From the NCBI GenBank assembly GCA_017302795.1, contig JAFLCB010000005.1, forward strand, positions 207,668-271,667: a DNA stretch of 64,000 nt, written 5' to 3'. Positions 46,192-55,585 of the stretch are shown in pieces (within the stretch, counting starts at the first letter, position 1; each line of letters opens with the position of its first letter). The notes below the pieces were generated by a model. The model saw nothing but the letters and a program-made list of their open reading frames with translations. It was not told the DNA's origin and did not search any database. Origin of the DNA: Deltaproteobacteria bacterium. Lineage in GTDB: Bacteria; Bdellovibrionota; Bdellovibrionia; Bdellovibrionales; JAMPXM01. Both the position numbers and the translations under genes were made by a program.

Positions 46192-47309
46192 TAAATCGCT
46201 CCGTTATTCGCCAAGAATTCACTGAGATCGTCTTTTCTAGCCTGCTGAAGGTGTTTGTTGTCACCAGGGTACCAAGACCATCGCTTTTTCCCATTCGCAT
46301 CAATCTCAATAATTTCGGGTCTGTTGGATATGGTATAAAGTGTCCCGCCATCTGCTAGGCGCTGAACACCGCCGGAACGTTTAGCAAAAAAACGCTTTCC
46401 CTCGGGGCCCCTGTAAGTCCAAACATCTTTCCACGTCGCGAGGTCTGTTTCGACCAACTGGCTTTTGCCATTCTTTAAAGGGCCATTGTCGTAAAAAAAC
46501 AAACGGCCCGTCGGCAGCACTTGCAAATCATGCAGCAAGTGCCAATCGCGCCGCAGCCGTCTTTGCCAAACGATTTTCGTTAAACTGGAATCAAGCACGA
46601 AGGCCATCATCAACGATCCATCATTCACAATGTAGTTGCCCCTTTTAAAGGCCGGGTTCAACTCCTCTGCCGCGTGAGGGCCGATCTCATAGAAGGAATT
46701 TGCATGGGTGATTTCATATTTTAAATCTTTAAAGCGCTGAAAGCCGAATTGCATACGATGCCGACGCTTGACGGCCATATCCCAGTCCAATTTATTGACC
46801 TGCTTGGAGTTATCGTAAAACGAGAACTTTTTTTTAACCTCGCCGCTTTGATCAAGAACAAAAAGAACATCCGACCTAGCGAGTCCATGCTGTTTATCTG
46901 GCTCGACCGCTTCGCTTCCAAGAATCAGTATCTGCGATCCATCTACCGACGCATTAACCTGATGGTGCGCTTTCGTTGGCAAACTCCAAAGCTCCTTCAT
47001 GTTCCGATCGTACTTCACCACTCGCTCGGACAGCGTCTGAATGACCGAACCATCTTTTTGAAAAAGGCAGTATTCACCAGCAAACATTCTGACGAGCTTC
47101 GGCGCGGCGATGTTCTGAATGTCATAGATCTCGCAGCCAAAATACAAATGCGGCGTCTGGGTGGTTTTTTCTGGTGCGGTTTTTTGTTCTGTTGCTTCTG
47201 CAAACTGGATCGCTAGCAGGCTGACCAGTATCAAAATTGGAAACGCTCTCAATTTTTGCTCCCTGCGAATTGGGCTATAGGCAGTAACTATTAATTTGTT
47301 CTTCACCAA
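46191..47309 (-). CDS. secreted beta-propeller, arylsulfotransferase (ASST)-like
   Basis: Signal peptide AFPILILVSLLAIQFAEA. ITHANSFYEI and WHLLHDLQVLPTGRLFFYDNGP resemble the ASST-family H.NS and HD...DNG blocks. The start is TTG 47309 or GTG 47306. Confidence 0.45.
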   Translation of the reverse strand: MVKNKLIVTAYSPIRREQKLRAFPILILVSLLAIQFAEATEQKTAPEKTTQTPHLYFGCEIYDIQNIAAPKLVRMFAGEYCLFQKDGSVIQTLSERVVKYDRNMKELWSLPTKAHHQVNASVDGSQILILGSEAVEPDKQHGLARSDVLFVLDQSGEVKKKFSFYDNSKQVNKLDWDMAVKRRHRMQFGFQRFKDLKYEITHANSFYEIGPHAAEELNPAFKRGNYIVNDGSLMMAFVLDSSLTKIVWQRRLRRDWHLLHDLQVLPTGRLFFYDNGPLKNGKSQLVETDLATWKDVWTYRGPEGKRFFAKRSGGVQRLADGGTLYTISNRPEIIEIDANGKKRWSWYPGDNKHLQQARKDDLSEFLANNGAI

Positions 47310-47796
47310 TGCTGCATTCCGCCGGGACTGCGGCGCCAGTGAGCGGACAAATTTTCTTCAATGTGAACTGAAGGGGCCGACTCGAGCACGCTGCGAAGAC
47401 GAGCGCCATTCGGTGGGTTTGCATCTGAGGCTCACAGCCGCCAGCGGCACCCGCTTCGGTCGTCAAAATTTGATAGGACACAAAAGACGCTACACCGTTC
47501 GATTTTTCGGCCAACTGTTTTACGGCTGCCGCCTCGCAAGCTGGGCCCTGGTCAGCTCTTCCAAAATATGGGTCACGACGTTCTTGATAGAGGCTCTTCA
47601 AATAGTTTTTCCGCCCCTGCAGCCACGCAAGCTGTTCTTTCGCACTCATGACCTCGGTTTCTTTGACAGCGGTCACGTTTGAAGCTGAATGCGTCGGGCC
47701 TGATTTCTGCGGAGACGAAATACCGACGGGTGTCTGGCAGCCGATTGCAACAAGAGCCCATGCTGACAATAGTAGTTGCGCTCTAGGAATGTTCAT
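47275..47796 (-). CDS. lipoprotein, hypothetical
   Basis: Lipobox SAWALVAIG|C. ATGA overlap with the upstream cytochrome-like gene. Confidence 0.5.
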   Translation of the reverse strand: MNIPRAQLLLSAWALVAIGCQTPVGISSPQKSGPTHSASNVTAVKETEVMSAKEQLAWLQGRKNYLKSLYQERRDPYFGRADQGPACEAAAVKQLAEKSNGVASFVSYQILTTEAGAAGGCEPQMQTHRMALVFAACSSRPLQFTLKKICPLTGAAVPAECSIGEEQINSYCL

Positions 47797-48782
47797 TTTG
47801 TTTGGCTTTCACAAAAGCGAACACTCTGCACAGTTTCCGCCTTTTCCGTGGTGTTCATGACTCCCAGGTATTCCATTTGTCCTTCGGTACATAGGCCCTG
47901 TTTGCCCGTTGAGTAGACGATCGAATAAAGAACAGCGCCGTCTCGCCTCGATAGCAGCATCGCCGGGGCTCCAAACCGAATCGCTTCGCGCGTCAGTTCT
48001 GGCCGAACTTCATCGAGAGTGCCCGAAAAAGCATCTTGGGTCATCGGTCCCTGAAGCGATCGTACCTTTTCAGTTTTTGGCGGCAGCTGCAGTTGAAGAA
48101 AATCTGGCAGATCCTTGGTGTCCACCGTTTCAAAAGCGAGCCTCGGGCTTTGTGAGCCACCGACCGAGTGTGCGGCTGGCGAAAGCGGTGATTTTGGGAC
48201 GAGACCCGTCATAAATTGGGAAAACACATAGCCTCGCTCCGGAACTATCTTGTGACATGCGGCACACGCTTTTGATGTCTGATTCAAATCTCCAGGAAAG
48301 GTGTTACCGCCAGAATCAAAAAGGGCATAACCCCAACCGTCGGTGTCAGCGAATTTTTTCCCGTCCCGCACCATGAATTGAACACGCCGCGCTCCTCTTG
48401 GCACAGCGGACGACGCAAAGGCCGGATCCTCACTCGTGGCGATCCCGACTTTCGCAAACACAGCGCCACGCGGATAGCTTTCGGCCATGGTTCCAATCTC
48501 AGTCGCCGGCTTTTCCGAAAGCTTTTTTAAATGCATCCACGCAGCTCGATTGGCGTAAGTAAACCTAAGTTCACCGGTGTCTTTACGAAAGCGCACCGTC
48601 ACGAGCTGCCATTTTTTCTCGAAATCCACGTAGTCCGAAAGTTTTATTCCATTCATGGTTTTCGAGTCCTCGCCGACAACGCGAGCTGTCGACGGAGACG
48701 ACGCTGTGAACGCCATTGCGCTGATGGCAATTGCACAAAACCGTTTTCGGAATTTGAATGCGATTCCCGATTTCATATTCAT
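47793..48782 (-). CDS. cytochrome P460-like haem protein with an extra C-terminal domain
   Basis: Start taken at ATG 48782 (MNMKSGIAFKFRKRFCAIAISAMAFTASSPSTA signal). A single CxxCH haem motif in DGWGYALFDSGGNTFPGDLNQTSKACAACHKIVPERGYVFSQF matches the cytochrome P460 family layout. About 150 additional residues are of unknown function. Confidence 0.5.
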   Translation of the reverse strand: MNMKSGIAFKFRKRFCAIAISAMAFTASSPSTARVVGEDSKTMNGIKLSDYVDFEKKWQLVTVRFRKDTGELRFTYANRAAWMHLKKLSEKPATEIGTMAESYPRGAVFAKVGIATSEDPAFASSAVPRGARRVQFMVRDGKKFADTDGWGYALFDSGGNTFPGDLNQTSKACAACHKIVPERGYVFSQFMTGLVPKSPLSPAAHSVGGSQSPRLAFETVDTKDLPDFLQLQLPPKTEKVRSLQGPMTQDAFSGTLDEVRPELTREAIRFGAPAMLLSRRDGAVLYSIVYSTGKQGLCTEGQMEYLGVMNTTEKAETVQSVRFCESQTK

Positions 48783-49027
48783 AAATGGTAGCAACAATTT
48801 TGAATGTTGAAATACGAGAAGGCCCCTGACGCTTCGCACAAGGGCGAAATGACTCGACTCAATTCGAGACGAAAGGTCCCAGACTTTTGTCAAATTGAAA
48901 TAAATCAGTAGCGACGCGACTTTTTTGCTTCCCCAACTTGGTACGTTCGTTGAATTGTTCTCTCGAACAGAAGCTGACCAGAACGTTTGCAGAAAAACAG
49001 CCCTTGAGGGATTTAACAGGAGTTATC

Positions 49028-49798
49028 ATGAACACCGGACGTACAATTTCGAAAGAATCGATTAAAAAACAAGTCGCTCTCGTTGGTGCGTTCGTCGCAC
49101 TCAGCGCATTCGCTGGCGCCGCATTTGGTCAAACTACTCCGCCGCCAATTATTGCTGAACCAACGAAAATTCCTGCGGCTTACCAAACTTCCTATATTCC
49201 TGGTGGTTTTGACTCGAACGACAGCGTTGAAGTTGTTCTCGAAGGTCGCTTCTCAAGCTCATGCTGGCGCCCAGCAGAAGTTGAAGTTGCAATCGATCAC
49301 GATAAGAAAGAAATCTATGTCGGACCAGCGGCCTACCTGTATCCAGCTCGCCTCTGTGCACAAATGGTTCTTCCCTTCGATCGCGTTGTGTCGTTCGGCA
49401 TCCTAAAACCAGGCGCCTACAAGCTCATTCAAGCGACTGACGGCGCAGATCTCGGATCAATCCCAGTTGCACAAACTCAAGTTGAACGCCCAGATGACTA
49501 TCTTTATGCGCCAGTTTCACAGGCTTTCTTTAAAGAGCGCAGCACTTACAGCGAAGTCACTTTGGCAGGTAGCTTCCCAAGCAGCTGTATGATGATGGAC
49601 GAAGTGAAAGTGACGATCGAACCAAAAGTCATCGTGATTCAACCGATCGCTAAAATTGAAAAACGCCTTGGCTGCAAAGACGGAAGCTATCCGTTCCAAC
49701 AAAAAACAAAAATCGAAGGCATCCCATCAGGACGCTACCTCCTTCATGTTCGCTCGATGAACGCGAAAGCCATCAACAGCTTGGTTGATGTAAAGTAA
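49028..49798 (+). CDS. secreted protein with two homologous Cys-pair domains (hypothetical)
   Basis: ATG 49028 behind acaggag. Signal peptide ALVGAFVALSAFAGAAFG|Q. Repeat 1 ...VEVVLEGRFSSSCWRPAEVEVAID...RLCAQM; repeat 2 ...SEVTLAGSFPSSCMMMDEVKVTIE...RLGCKD. Confidence 0.6.
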   Translation: MNTGRTISKESIKKQVALVGAFVALSAFAGAAFGQTTPPPIIAEPTKIPAAYQTSYIPGGFDSNDSVEVVLEGRFSSSCWRPAEVEVAIDHDKKEIYVGPAAYLYPARLCAQMVLPFDRVVSFGILKPGAYKLIQATDGADLGSIPVAQTQVERPDDYLYAPVSQAFFKERSTYSEVTLAGSFPSSCMMMDEVKVTIEPKVIVIQPIAKIEKRLGCKDGSYPFQQKTKIEGIPSGRYLLHVRSMNAKAINSLVDVK

Positions 49799-49828
49799 AC
49801 GAGTCGAAAAGACCACCTAGACCAGGAA

Positions 49829-49861
49829 AGACAAGCCCATTAGCGGCTTGTCTTTTTTTTT
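49829..49861 (+). terminator. strong rho-independent terminator
   Basis: agacaagcc (49829-49837) pairs with ggcttgtct (49845-49853), loop cattagc, followed by a T9 run. Confidence 0.85.
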
Positions 49862-49910
49862 GTTTATTTACCCCTCCGAAGTACTCTTTTGTGCACATCT
49901 TGGTTGGCGC

Positions 49911-49938
49911 CCCATAGAAAGTAAACCCATAGAAAGTA
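49911..49938. repeat. perfect tandem 13-bp direct repeat cccatagaaagta x2 (period 15)
   Basis: Copies at 49911-49923 and 49926-49938. They lie 23 nt upstream of the -35 of the sigma-28-like promoter of the RCC1 gene. Confidence 0.6.
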
Positions 49939-49960
49939 CGTTTCATCATGAGACGAAGGC

Positions 49961-49988
49961 CTAAGAATAGGGCTGAAAATGCCGATTA
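49961..49988 (+). promoter_or_regulatory. sigma-28-type promoter (CTAAG-N15-GCCGATTA) of the RCC1 lipoprotein gene
   Basis: ctaag at 49961-49965, a 15-nt spacer, gccgatta at 49981-49988. The extended identity gggct.aaaatgccgatta.gaa is shared with 38846-38869. The gene start at 50028 has SD gggaga. Confidence 0.45.
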
Positions 49989-50027
49989 GAAGGAGCGCTT
50001 TAACGACTGTTTTCGGGAGAATCGGCT

Positions 50028-53000
50028 GTGTTCAAAATATTGAAAATTTGCTCCGCTAGAAACTTCGTCGTCACCTTTGGCGCGGTCCTCTTGTTCCTGA
50101 CTGGATGTACGAAAAAAAATGAAGTCGCACGTGTGATGTTGATTATGCCGAATGCAATCTCAGCAAAACCGACGGTCACTAAAACCAAAAATCCTGTTTC
50201 GCAGTCCGTTTCGGCATCGAGTGAAGACGAGCCCGAGTGGAACACGAGTCTCAACCCTTCGCTGGGATCCGACATCAACTGTTTTGCAGTTTTCGTGGGC
50301 GGGCCGAATCTCGCAGGGAACACTTGTTCAGTTTCAGACAACGGAGCGGCCCGCACGATTGCGTTCGGACCCAATATTGGATTTGTTCCCAGTGGCGCAG
50401 TGATCAAAGTTGATGTTCCAGCTGGCGCCGATCGCGTTTTCCATGTTGTCGGCCTTAAATCCGCTACCGCTGCGGCCTGTGCAAATTATCGCGGAACCAC
50501 CATGGACACGTCCAATTTGTCCGAACCATTTTTGATCGCTTCCCAACGCGCCGACATTCCTGCCGGAGAAAGTTCGCTCAACATCACCGCCTCACTTGAC
50601 GTGAATAAGAAAATCTCAACCTGCAGTTTTGTTCAAAGTGGCGGGACCGGCGGCGGCGGCACGACGATTTCGTTTGGCGATCGCCGCGATGGCAGGATGA
50701 CTTTAACCGGTGGAAACATAGCTAACTTTGATCTCGGAACGGACCCCTACAATTTAACTTTTCCGGGCTACTCGTTTTCACCCAACTCAGGTGGGGTTGC
50801 TCCAACCAAATATTTTAGTTCCAGCGTTCGGGTCACAAATGTCCTGAGAATTGGCGAGAATGCTGGAAAAGCTTTAACGACACCTGCTGTAACTACAAAC
50901 CGATTTGAAGTCGGCGACGAAGTGCTGTGGCATGTGTCTGGCGGCAACGCGAACCCGGGCCCACCCGATGATCCTACTAGAGGAGCCTGCGGTGGCGATC
51001 TTTACCTAGGAAAGTTTGGTTTCGCAAAAATCGCCGGCATTAGCATCGGCGGAACACTCATCATTCTTGATAAGTCGATTTCACAAACACCCGCTTTGGT
51101 AAAAAACGAAAACCTCACGGCCGCGGTCTCAAATCAATCTGGCTTTTGTAGAATTGCTTTAACTCGCGTGCCGAATTTTGAAGAGATCAACGTCGGCACT
51201 GGTAGCACACTGAATTTTTATGGCGTTTCGTATGACTCCGAAAATGGCACCGGTGGCACGCTGGTCATGCGCGCCAAACGAATTGTTGCCGATGGAAGTC
51301 TATTATTAAACGGTTCCGGCCAAGGATACCAAGGTGGCATAGGTGCACTATCTGCCGGTGGAACGGTTTGGGGCTACAACGGACCATTGGGTGGTTCTTC
51401 GTATGGCAGTGGCGGCGGGACTACTGCGACTCTTGGTGGAGGCGGCGGAGCTGGCGGCGGCGAAGGCGGCATGATGGGATCCGCCTTTGGTTCAATGGGC
51501 GGTCTGCCGCTGACTCACGGAATGGAATATTCCTACACTTCCATTTCGGCTGGAACCAATCATACTTGTGGCGTCAGCACGGACGGATCTCTTCGATGTT
51601 TCGGCGATGGATCTTTGGGACAGCTGGGTGCCGGATTTCAGCCTTTTTCAAGAAACGATCCGCAGCAGGTCAGTGGAAATTTGACCTTTAAATCGGCCTC
51701 GAGCGGTCAGAATCATACATGTGCTATTGGTTTTGACGATCGAGCCTATTGCTGGGGTCAAGGTGTCTTCGGAAAATTGGGTGATGGCACAGCGACAAGT
51801 CGGTACTTTCCAACGATGGTTCCAGATGCGACGACCTATTCCCAAATCAGTGCAAGTTCACGCGGCGATCACACTTGCGCCATCACGCGAGACACAAAGA
51901 AACTTCGCTGCTGGGGATTCAACGCGTCTTACCAGATAGGTGACGGATCGACTAATGACCGACCAAGCCCAGTCGATGTCGATTCCGCTACCAATTACAA
52001 AATGGTCTCAGCGGGCGGGAACCACACCTGCGCTATCACCGACGCCGGACAATTGAAATGCTGGGGTGAAAATGCAGAAAGTCAACTGGGCGATGGCACG
52101 ACAAACACACTAACAACGCCGACAATTATCAACGCCGGTACATCTTATAAACGCGTTTCTGCCGGGCAATATCACACATGCGGAATTACCAGCACAGATC
52201 AATTGCGCTGCTGGGGCGCAGGATTCGAAGGACAGCTTGGCGTCGGCGACATCACTGGTCGAACAACACCGACGCCTGTCAACGGTGGCCTCACCTACGG
52301 CGACGTTTCTGTTGGAACGTATCATACCTGTGCCGTGACTCTGGCGAATCAAGTACGTTGCTTTGGTGACAACGCTGCTGGACAAATTGGTGATACATCT
52401 AACACGGACCGGCTCGAGCCGACGCCCATTACTGGGACGAATACATTCGCTAAAGTTTCAGTGGGTGGCTCACATAGCTGTGCAATTACAGTTTCCGGTC
52501 AGCCGATGTGTTGGGGATACGGCACCCTGGGTCAGCTTGGGAACGGTTATACATCGACGCTGAATTATCCATCTAAAGTGCGAAACCAATCTTTGTCATT
52601 GCCGTTTGCCGACAGCAAATCTTATCACGGTGGAGGCGGAGGCGCTGGCAGCACACCGGGTGGCCGCGGCGGCGGTATTGTTCTTTTGATTGCGAAAGAA
52701 ATCCTTGGCTCCGGAAGTGTGCAAGTCTATGCACAGGGTGATAATGGCGTCAGCGGTGCCTATCCATCCGGAGGCGGAGGCGGAGGCGTCATCGGATTGA
52801 TGTCGCGAAGCCTGACCGTTGATTCCATAAGTCTCGACACGAGCGGCGGTGATGGAGTTGGCGGAAGTTTTGAGTCGGCAGGTGGGGGCGGCGGAATTGT
52901 CGACGTTCAGCTTTGCAGTGCAAGTTCAAGCACAACTCCTTCGGCAAATGTCGAAGGTGGCTTTGGTGGATCGCCAGCCCTCAGGCATGGCGCAAATGGT

Positions 53001-53045
53001 TCCGCGAAGCGAACAAACTTCACCGCACTTTGCACAGCGGACTGA
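50028..53045 (+). CDS. large lipoprotein: seven RCC1 (beta-propeller) repeats embedded in a glycine-rich beta-helix-like scaffold
   Basis: GTG start. Lipobox LLFLTG|C. Seven blades are marked by GTNHTCGV, GQNHTCAI, GDHTCAI, GNHTCAI, QYHTCGI, TYHTCAV and GSHSCAI, each followed by ..CWG/CFG.N..GQLGDG. They are flanked by GGGGAGGGEGG and GGGGGAGSTPGGRGGGIVLLIAKE...GGGGGGVIGL...AGGGGGIVDV. Confidence 0.8.
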   Translation: MFKILKICSARNFVVTFGAVLLFLTGCTKKNEVARVMLIMPNAISAKPTVTKTKNPVSQSVSASSEDEPEWNTSLNPSLGSDINCFAVFVGGPNLAGNTCSVSDNGAARTIAFGPNIGFVPSGAVIKVDVPAGADRVFHVVGLKSATAAACANYRGTTMDTSNLSEPFLIASQRADIPAGESSLNITASLDVNKKISTCSFVQSGGTGGGGTTISFGDRRDGRMTLTGGNIANFDLGTDPYNLTFPGYSFSPNSGGVAPTKYFSSSVRVTNVLRIGENAGKALTTPAVTTNRFEVGDEVLWHVSGGNANPGPPDDPTRGACGGDLYLGKFGFAKIAGISIGGTLIILDKSISQTPALVKNENLTAAVSNQSGFCRIALTRVPNFEEINVGTGSTLNFYGVSYDSENGTGGTLVMRAKRIVADGSLLLNGSGQGYQGGIGALSAGGTVWGYNGPLGGSSYGSGGGTTATLGGGGGAGGGEGGMMGSAFGSMGGLPLTHGMEYSYTSISAGTNHTCGVSTDGSLRCFGDGSLGQLGAGFQPFSRNDPQQVSGNLTFKSASSGQNHTCAIGFDDRAYCWGQGVFGKLGDGTATSRYFPTMVPDATTYSQISASSRGDHTCAITRDTKKLRCWGFNASYQIGDGSTNDRPSPVDVDSATNYKMVSAGGNHTCAITDAGQLKCWGENAESQLGDGTTNTLTTPTIINAGTSYKRVSAGQYHTCGITSTDQLRCWGAGFEGQLGVGDITGRTTPTPVNGGLTYGDVSVGTYHTCAVTLANQVRCFGDNAAGQIGDTSNTDRLEPTPITGTNTFAKVSVGGSHSCAITVSGQPMCWGYGTLGQLGNGYTSTLNYPSKVRNQSLSLPFADSKSYHGGGGGAGSTPGGRGGGIVLLIAKEILGSGSVQVYAQGDNGVSGAYPSGGGGGGVIGLMSRSLTVDSISLDTSGGDGVGGSFESAGGGGGIVDVQLCSASSSTTPSANVEGGFGGSPALRHGANGSAKRTNFTALCTAD

Positions 53046-53129
53046 ACGATAGAAGGCATAGGATTGGTCATTTGAAGATTTCCGCCAAATTTACTTGAGT
53101 AATCACTCCGTTGTCTCCTATGAAGTCTT

Positions 53130-54458
53130 ATGACGACAAAGCGAACGAATAAGCCTGCGAAAAAAGCCAAATCCAAAAGCCGCGTGAATCTCGCTCACGA
53201 ATCTGCGACAAAGCGCTCGCGAATGGTTCATGGCATACCCAGCACCACAGCGTGGGAATTTTCCAAACACTTGATTCCACCTATCACTTCGAACACGACG
53301 TTTCGGCTGGGCTCGCTTGATCGTGGCGCACAAGGTTTTATTCAGTTTGGCGCCAATGATGGCACCGACCGCGATCCGATTTTAATTTACGATCGCCTCG
53401 ACGAGCCCAACACTTTACTTTTGGAAGAACAGCTGGCGCAGCTTGAGGGGTCGGAAGCGGCCGTCACTTTTGGCTCAGGCATGGGGGCAATCTCATCCGC
53501 GCTTCTTTCGGTGATGAAATCCGGGCAAAAGATCATTGCCCATCGCAATCTGTACGGGTGCACCTACTCTCTCCTTTCCGATTGGCTTCCGCGATTTGGA
53601 ATTCAATCGACCTTTATCGACGTCAATTCGAAAGAACACCGCCAGCTATTGAACGACAAGAGTGTTCGCGTTCTCTATTTCGAATGTGTTTCCAATCCCA
53701 GTCTTGATCTTGCCGACCTTCCGACAATTATGGCGGAGGTAAAGAAGATCAATCGCAATCGTAGTGAGTCCGATCGGATTATCACAATCGTCGACAATAC
53801 CTTCGCGACACCGTGGGCACTTCGCCCTATCGAGTGGGGTCTGGATATTGTCATTCACAGTTTGACGAAAAATATCGGCGGTTTCGGTACAGAGATGGGG
53901 GGCGCTGCGATGGGCGCGAAAAAGTTTGAGCGCGGCCTCAAGCTTGCGCGGAAGGACTTTGGAGCGATCTTGAATCCGAAATCCGCGTGGGGAATTACCG
54001 TTCAGGGAATTCCCACGTTGGCGATTCGATTTGAAAAGCAGCAAGAGAATGCTTTGGCAGTTGCAAAGTATCTCGAGCGCCATTCGAAAGTAGAATCCGT
54101 GCTCTATCCTGGATTGAAATCCTACAGCCGATTCGCACTCGCAAAGAAATTGCTGCGCACGCCGGAGGGGAAATTTGCCCCAGGCACCATGATATCCTTC
54201 ACCCTCAACGGCGATCTCGATAAGTGTCGGCGATTTGTCGACCACATTGCGAAGAACGGATACTCGATCACCTTGGCTGTGAGCCTCGGGTTGACGAAAA
54301 CCTTGATTGAGGTGCCCGGTTACATGACCCACGCGGCAATCCCCAAAGACAAACAGACGGAATCGGGAATCGACCCAAGATTGATCCGTTTGAGCCTTGG
54401 AATCGAGGATTCGAAAGACATCATCGCGGACCTCGACGCTGCGTTCCGAGCACTTTGA
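53130..54458 (+). CDS. PLP-dependent Cys/Met-metabolism enzyme (cystathionine gamma-synthase / O-acylhomoserine sulfhydrylase / gamma-lyase family)
   Basis: FGSGMGAISSALL..., DNTFATPWALRP, IVIHSLTKNIGGFG (PLP Lys in S-x-T-K), LAVSLGLTKTLIEVP, IRLSLGIED. The first ~30 aa (MTTKRTNKPAKKAKSKSRVNL...) are unusually basic, so the start may instead be Met32 at 53223. Confidence 0.8.
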   Translation: MTTKRTNKPAKKAKSKSRVNLAHESATKRSRMVHGIPSTTAWEFSKHLIPPITSNTTFRLGSLDRGAQGFIQFGANDGTDRDPILIYDRLDEPNTLLLEEQLAQLEGSEAAVTFGSGMGAISSALLSVMKSGQKIIAHRNLYGCTYSLLSDWLPRFGIQSTFIDVNSKEHRQLLNDKSVRVLYFECVSNPSLDLADLPTIMAEVKKINRNRSESDRIITIVDNTFATPWALRPIEWGLDIVIHSLTKNIGGFGTEMGGAAMGAKKFERGLKLARKDFGAILNPKSAWGITVQGIPTLAIRFEKQQENALAVAKYLERHSKVESVLYPGLKSYSRFALAKKLLRTPEGKFAPGTMISFTLNGDLDKCRRFVDHIAKNGYSITLAVSLGLTKTLIEVPGYMTHAAIPKDKQTESGIDPRLIRLSLGIEDSKDIIADLDAAFRAL

Positions 54459-54495
54459 TTGGACACAAAGACCCATGGCTTGATCTGATCAGGCC

Positions 54496-55584
54496 ATGTA
54501 TTCACTAAAAAAATCTTTTTCGATTTTCGGGGCCGACTTCAACGAATCACAAGCTGCATGGACGGCGCTTGGGATATCGAAAAAATCAATCGACACGGCC
54601 GATCTTGCGGTCATCGGTTCGAAGTTTGGATTTTTCAAAAAGCCCGATCGTCCAATTGCTGCATCGATTTTTGTCACTAAGGGCGGCGTATTAAAAACCT
54701 CCCTTACCTTGAATCTTGCGCGCACTGCTGCACTTCACGGTTTGAAAGTCTGCGTCGTCGGCCTCGATATGCAGGGCGACATTACTCAGGCGCTGGGCAA
54801 TGAAGGCCCCGACGAAAACGAATCGCTTGAAGAAGCACTTCGCACTCTGAACTCGCTCCGCGGTCTTTCGGATTTTTTCGTTGGCCAATCGAAACTGGAA
54901 GATATCATCGTCGACACAGAAGTACCGGGACTTTCCTTTATTCCCGAAACACCGGAACTGGTGGCGCTTGATCAAAGCTTGCTCACGCGCAATCGCAGGG
55001 AATATTGGCTTTTAGAAAATGTCGTCAATCCCTTGAAGCAGCGTTTTGATTTAATTTTGATGGATTGTTCGCCCAACTGGAACCGTCTTATCAACAACGC
55101 CTTAGTGGCGAGCGACGTCTTACTTTCACCAGTAGAATGTAAGATCAATAATTTTAGAAACCTTCGAACGTTCAGAGCACTGATCGCCGAATATCGACGA
55201 GATCTGCGTCTCGAGTTTGATCACGTCTTTATTCCTACCCGTGTTGTCGGTTCGCGACGCCTTTCTCGCGAAATTTTTGATTGGTATCGACAGAATCTTA
55301 AAAACTGCACGCGCATGTCGATTAGGGAAAGTGTTCATGGCGAAGAGGCTACTGCACTTCGACTTTCGATTGCTGAGCATTCGCCCGCTTCTGCTCCAGC
55401 GGCTGAAATGCGATTGCTGCTTGCAGAAATCGGTGACGCGCTTGGAATCTCTATCAAGTCAGACGACCGACTTTTGCTTGATCGAGCGAAGCTTGGTGGT
55501 TCGCCGAGTGGTTCGCCGGATCTTGACTCAGCAGGTATGAGATCCCCCGAAACTGTAACTCAAATGTCACAAATGGAGACCTAA
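54496..55584 (+). CDS. ParA/MinD-family ATPase-like protein with an atypical P-loop
   Basis: ASIFVTKGGVLKTSLTLNLAR...VCVVGLDMQGD...LILMDCSPNWN is the ParA fold order, but the deviant Walker A reads KGGVLKT instead of KGGVGKT. There is an extra ~60-aa N-terminal segment. Confidence 0.6.
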   Translation: MYSLKKSFSIFGADFNESQAAWTALGISKKSIDTADLAVIGSKFGFFKKPDRPIAASIFVTKGGVLKTSLTLNLARTAALHGLKVCVVGLDMQGDITQALGNEGPDENESLEEALRTLNSLRGLSDFFVGQSKLEDIIVDTEVPGLSFIPETPELVALDQSLLTRNRREYWLLENVVNPLKQRFDLILMDCSPNWNRLINNALVASDVLLSPVECKINNFRNLRTFRALIAEYRRDLRLEFDHVFIPTRVVGSRRLSREIFDWYRQNLKNCTRMSIRESVHGEEATALRLSIAEHSPASAPAAEMRLLLAEIGDALGISIKSDDRLLLDRAKLGGSPSGSPDLDSAGMRSPETVTQMSQMET

Positions 55585-55585
55585 G

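Noticed and set aside
53646-54476. 276-aa ORF antisense to the PLP-dependent enzyme gene
   Set aside because: It lies entirely opposite a gene with clear family motifs. Its product is Arg/Cys/Gln-rich with no motif, as expected for a shadow ORF.
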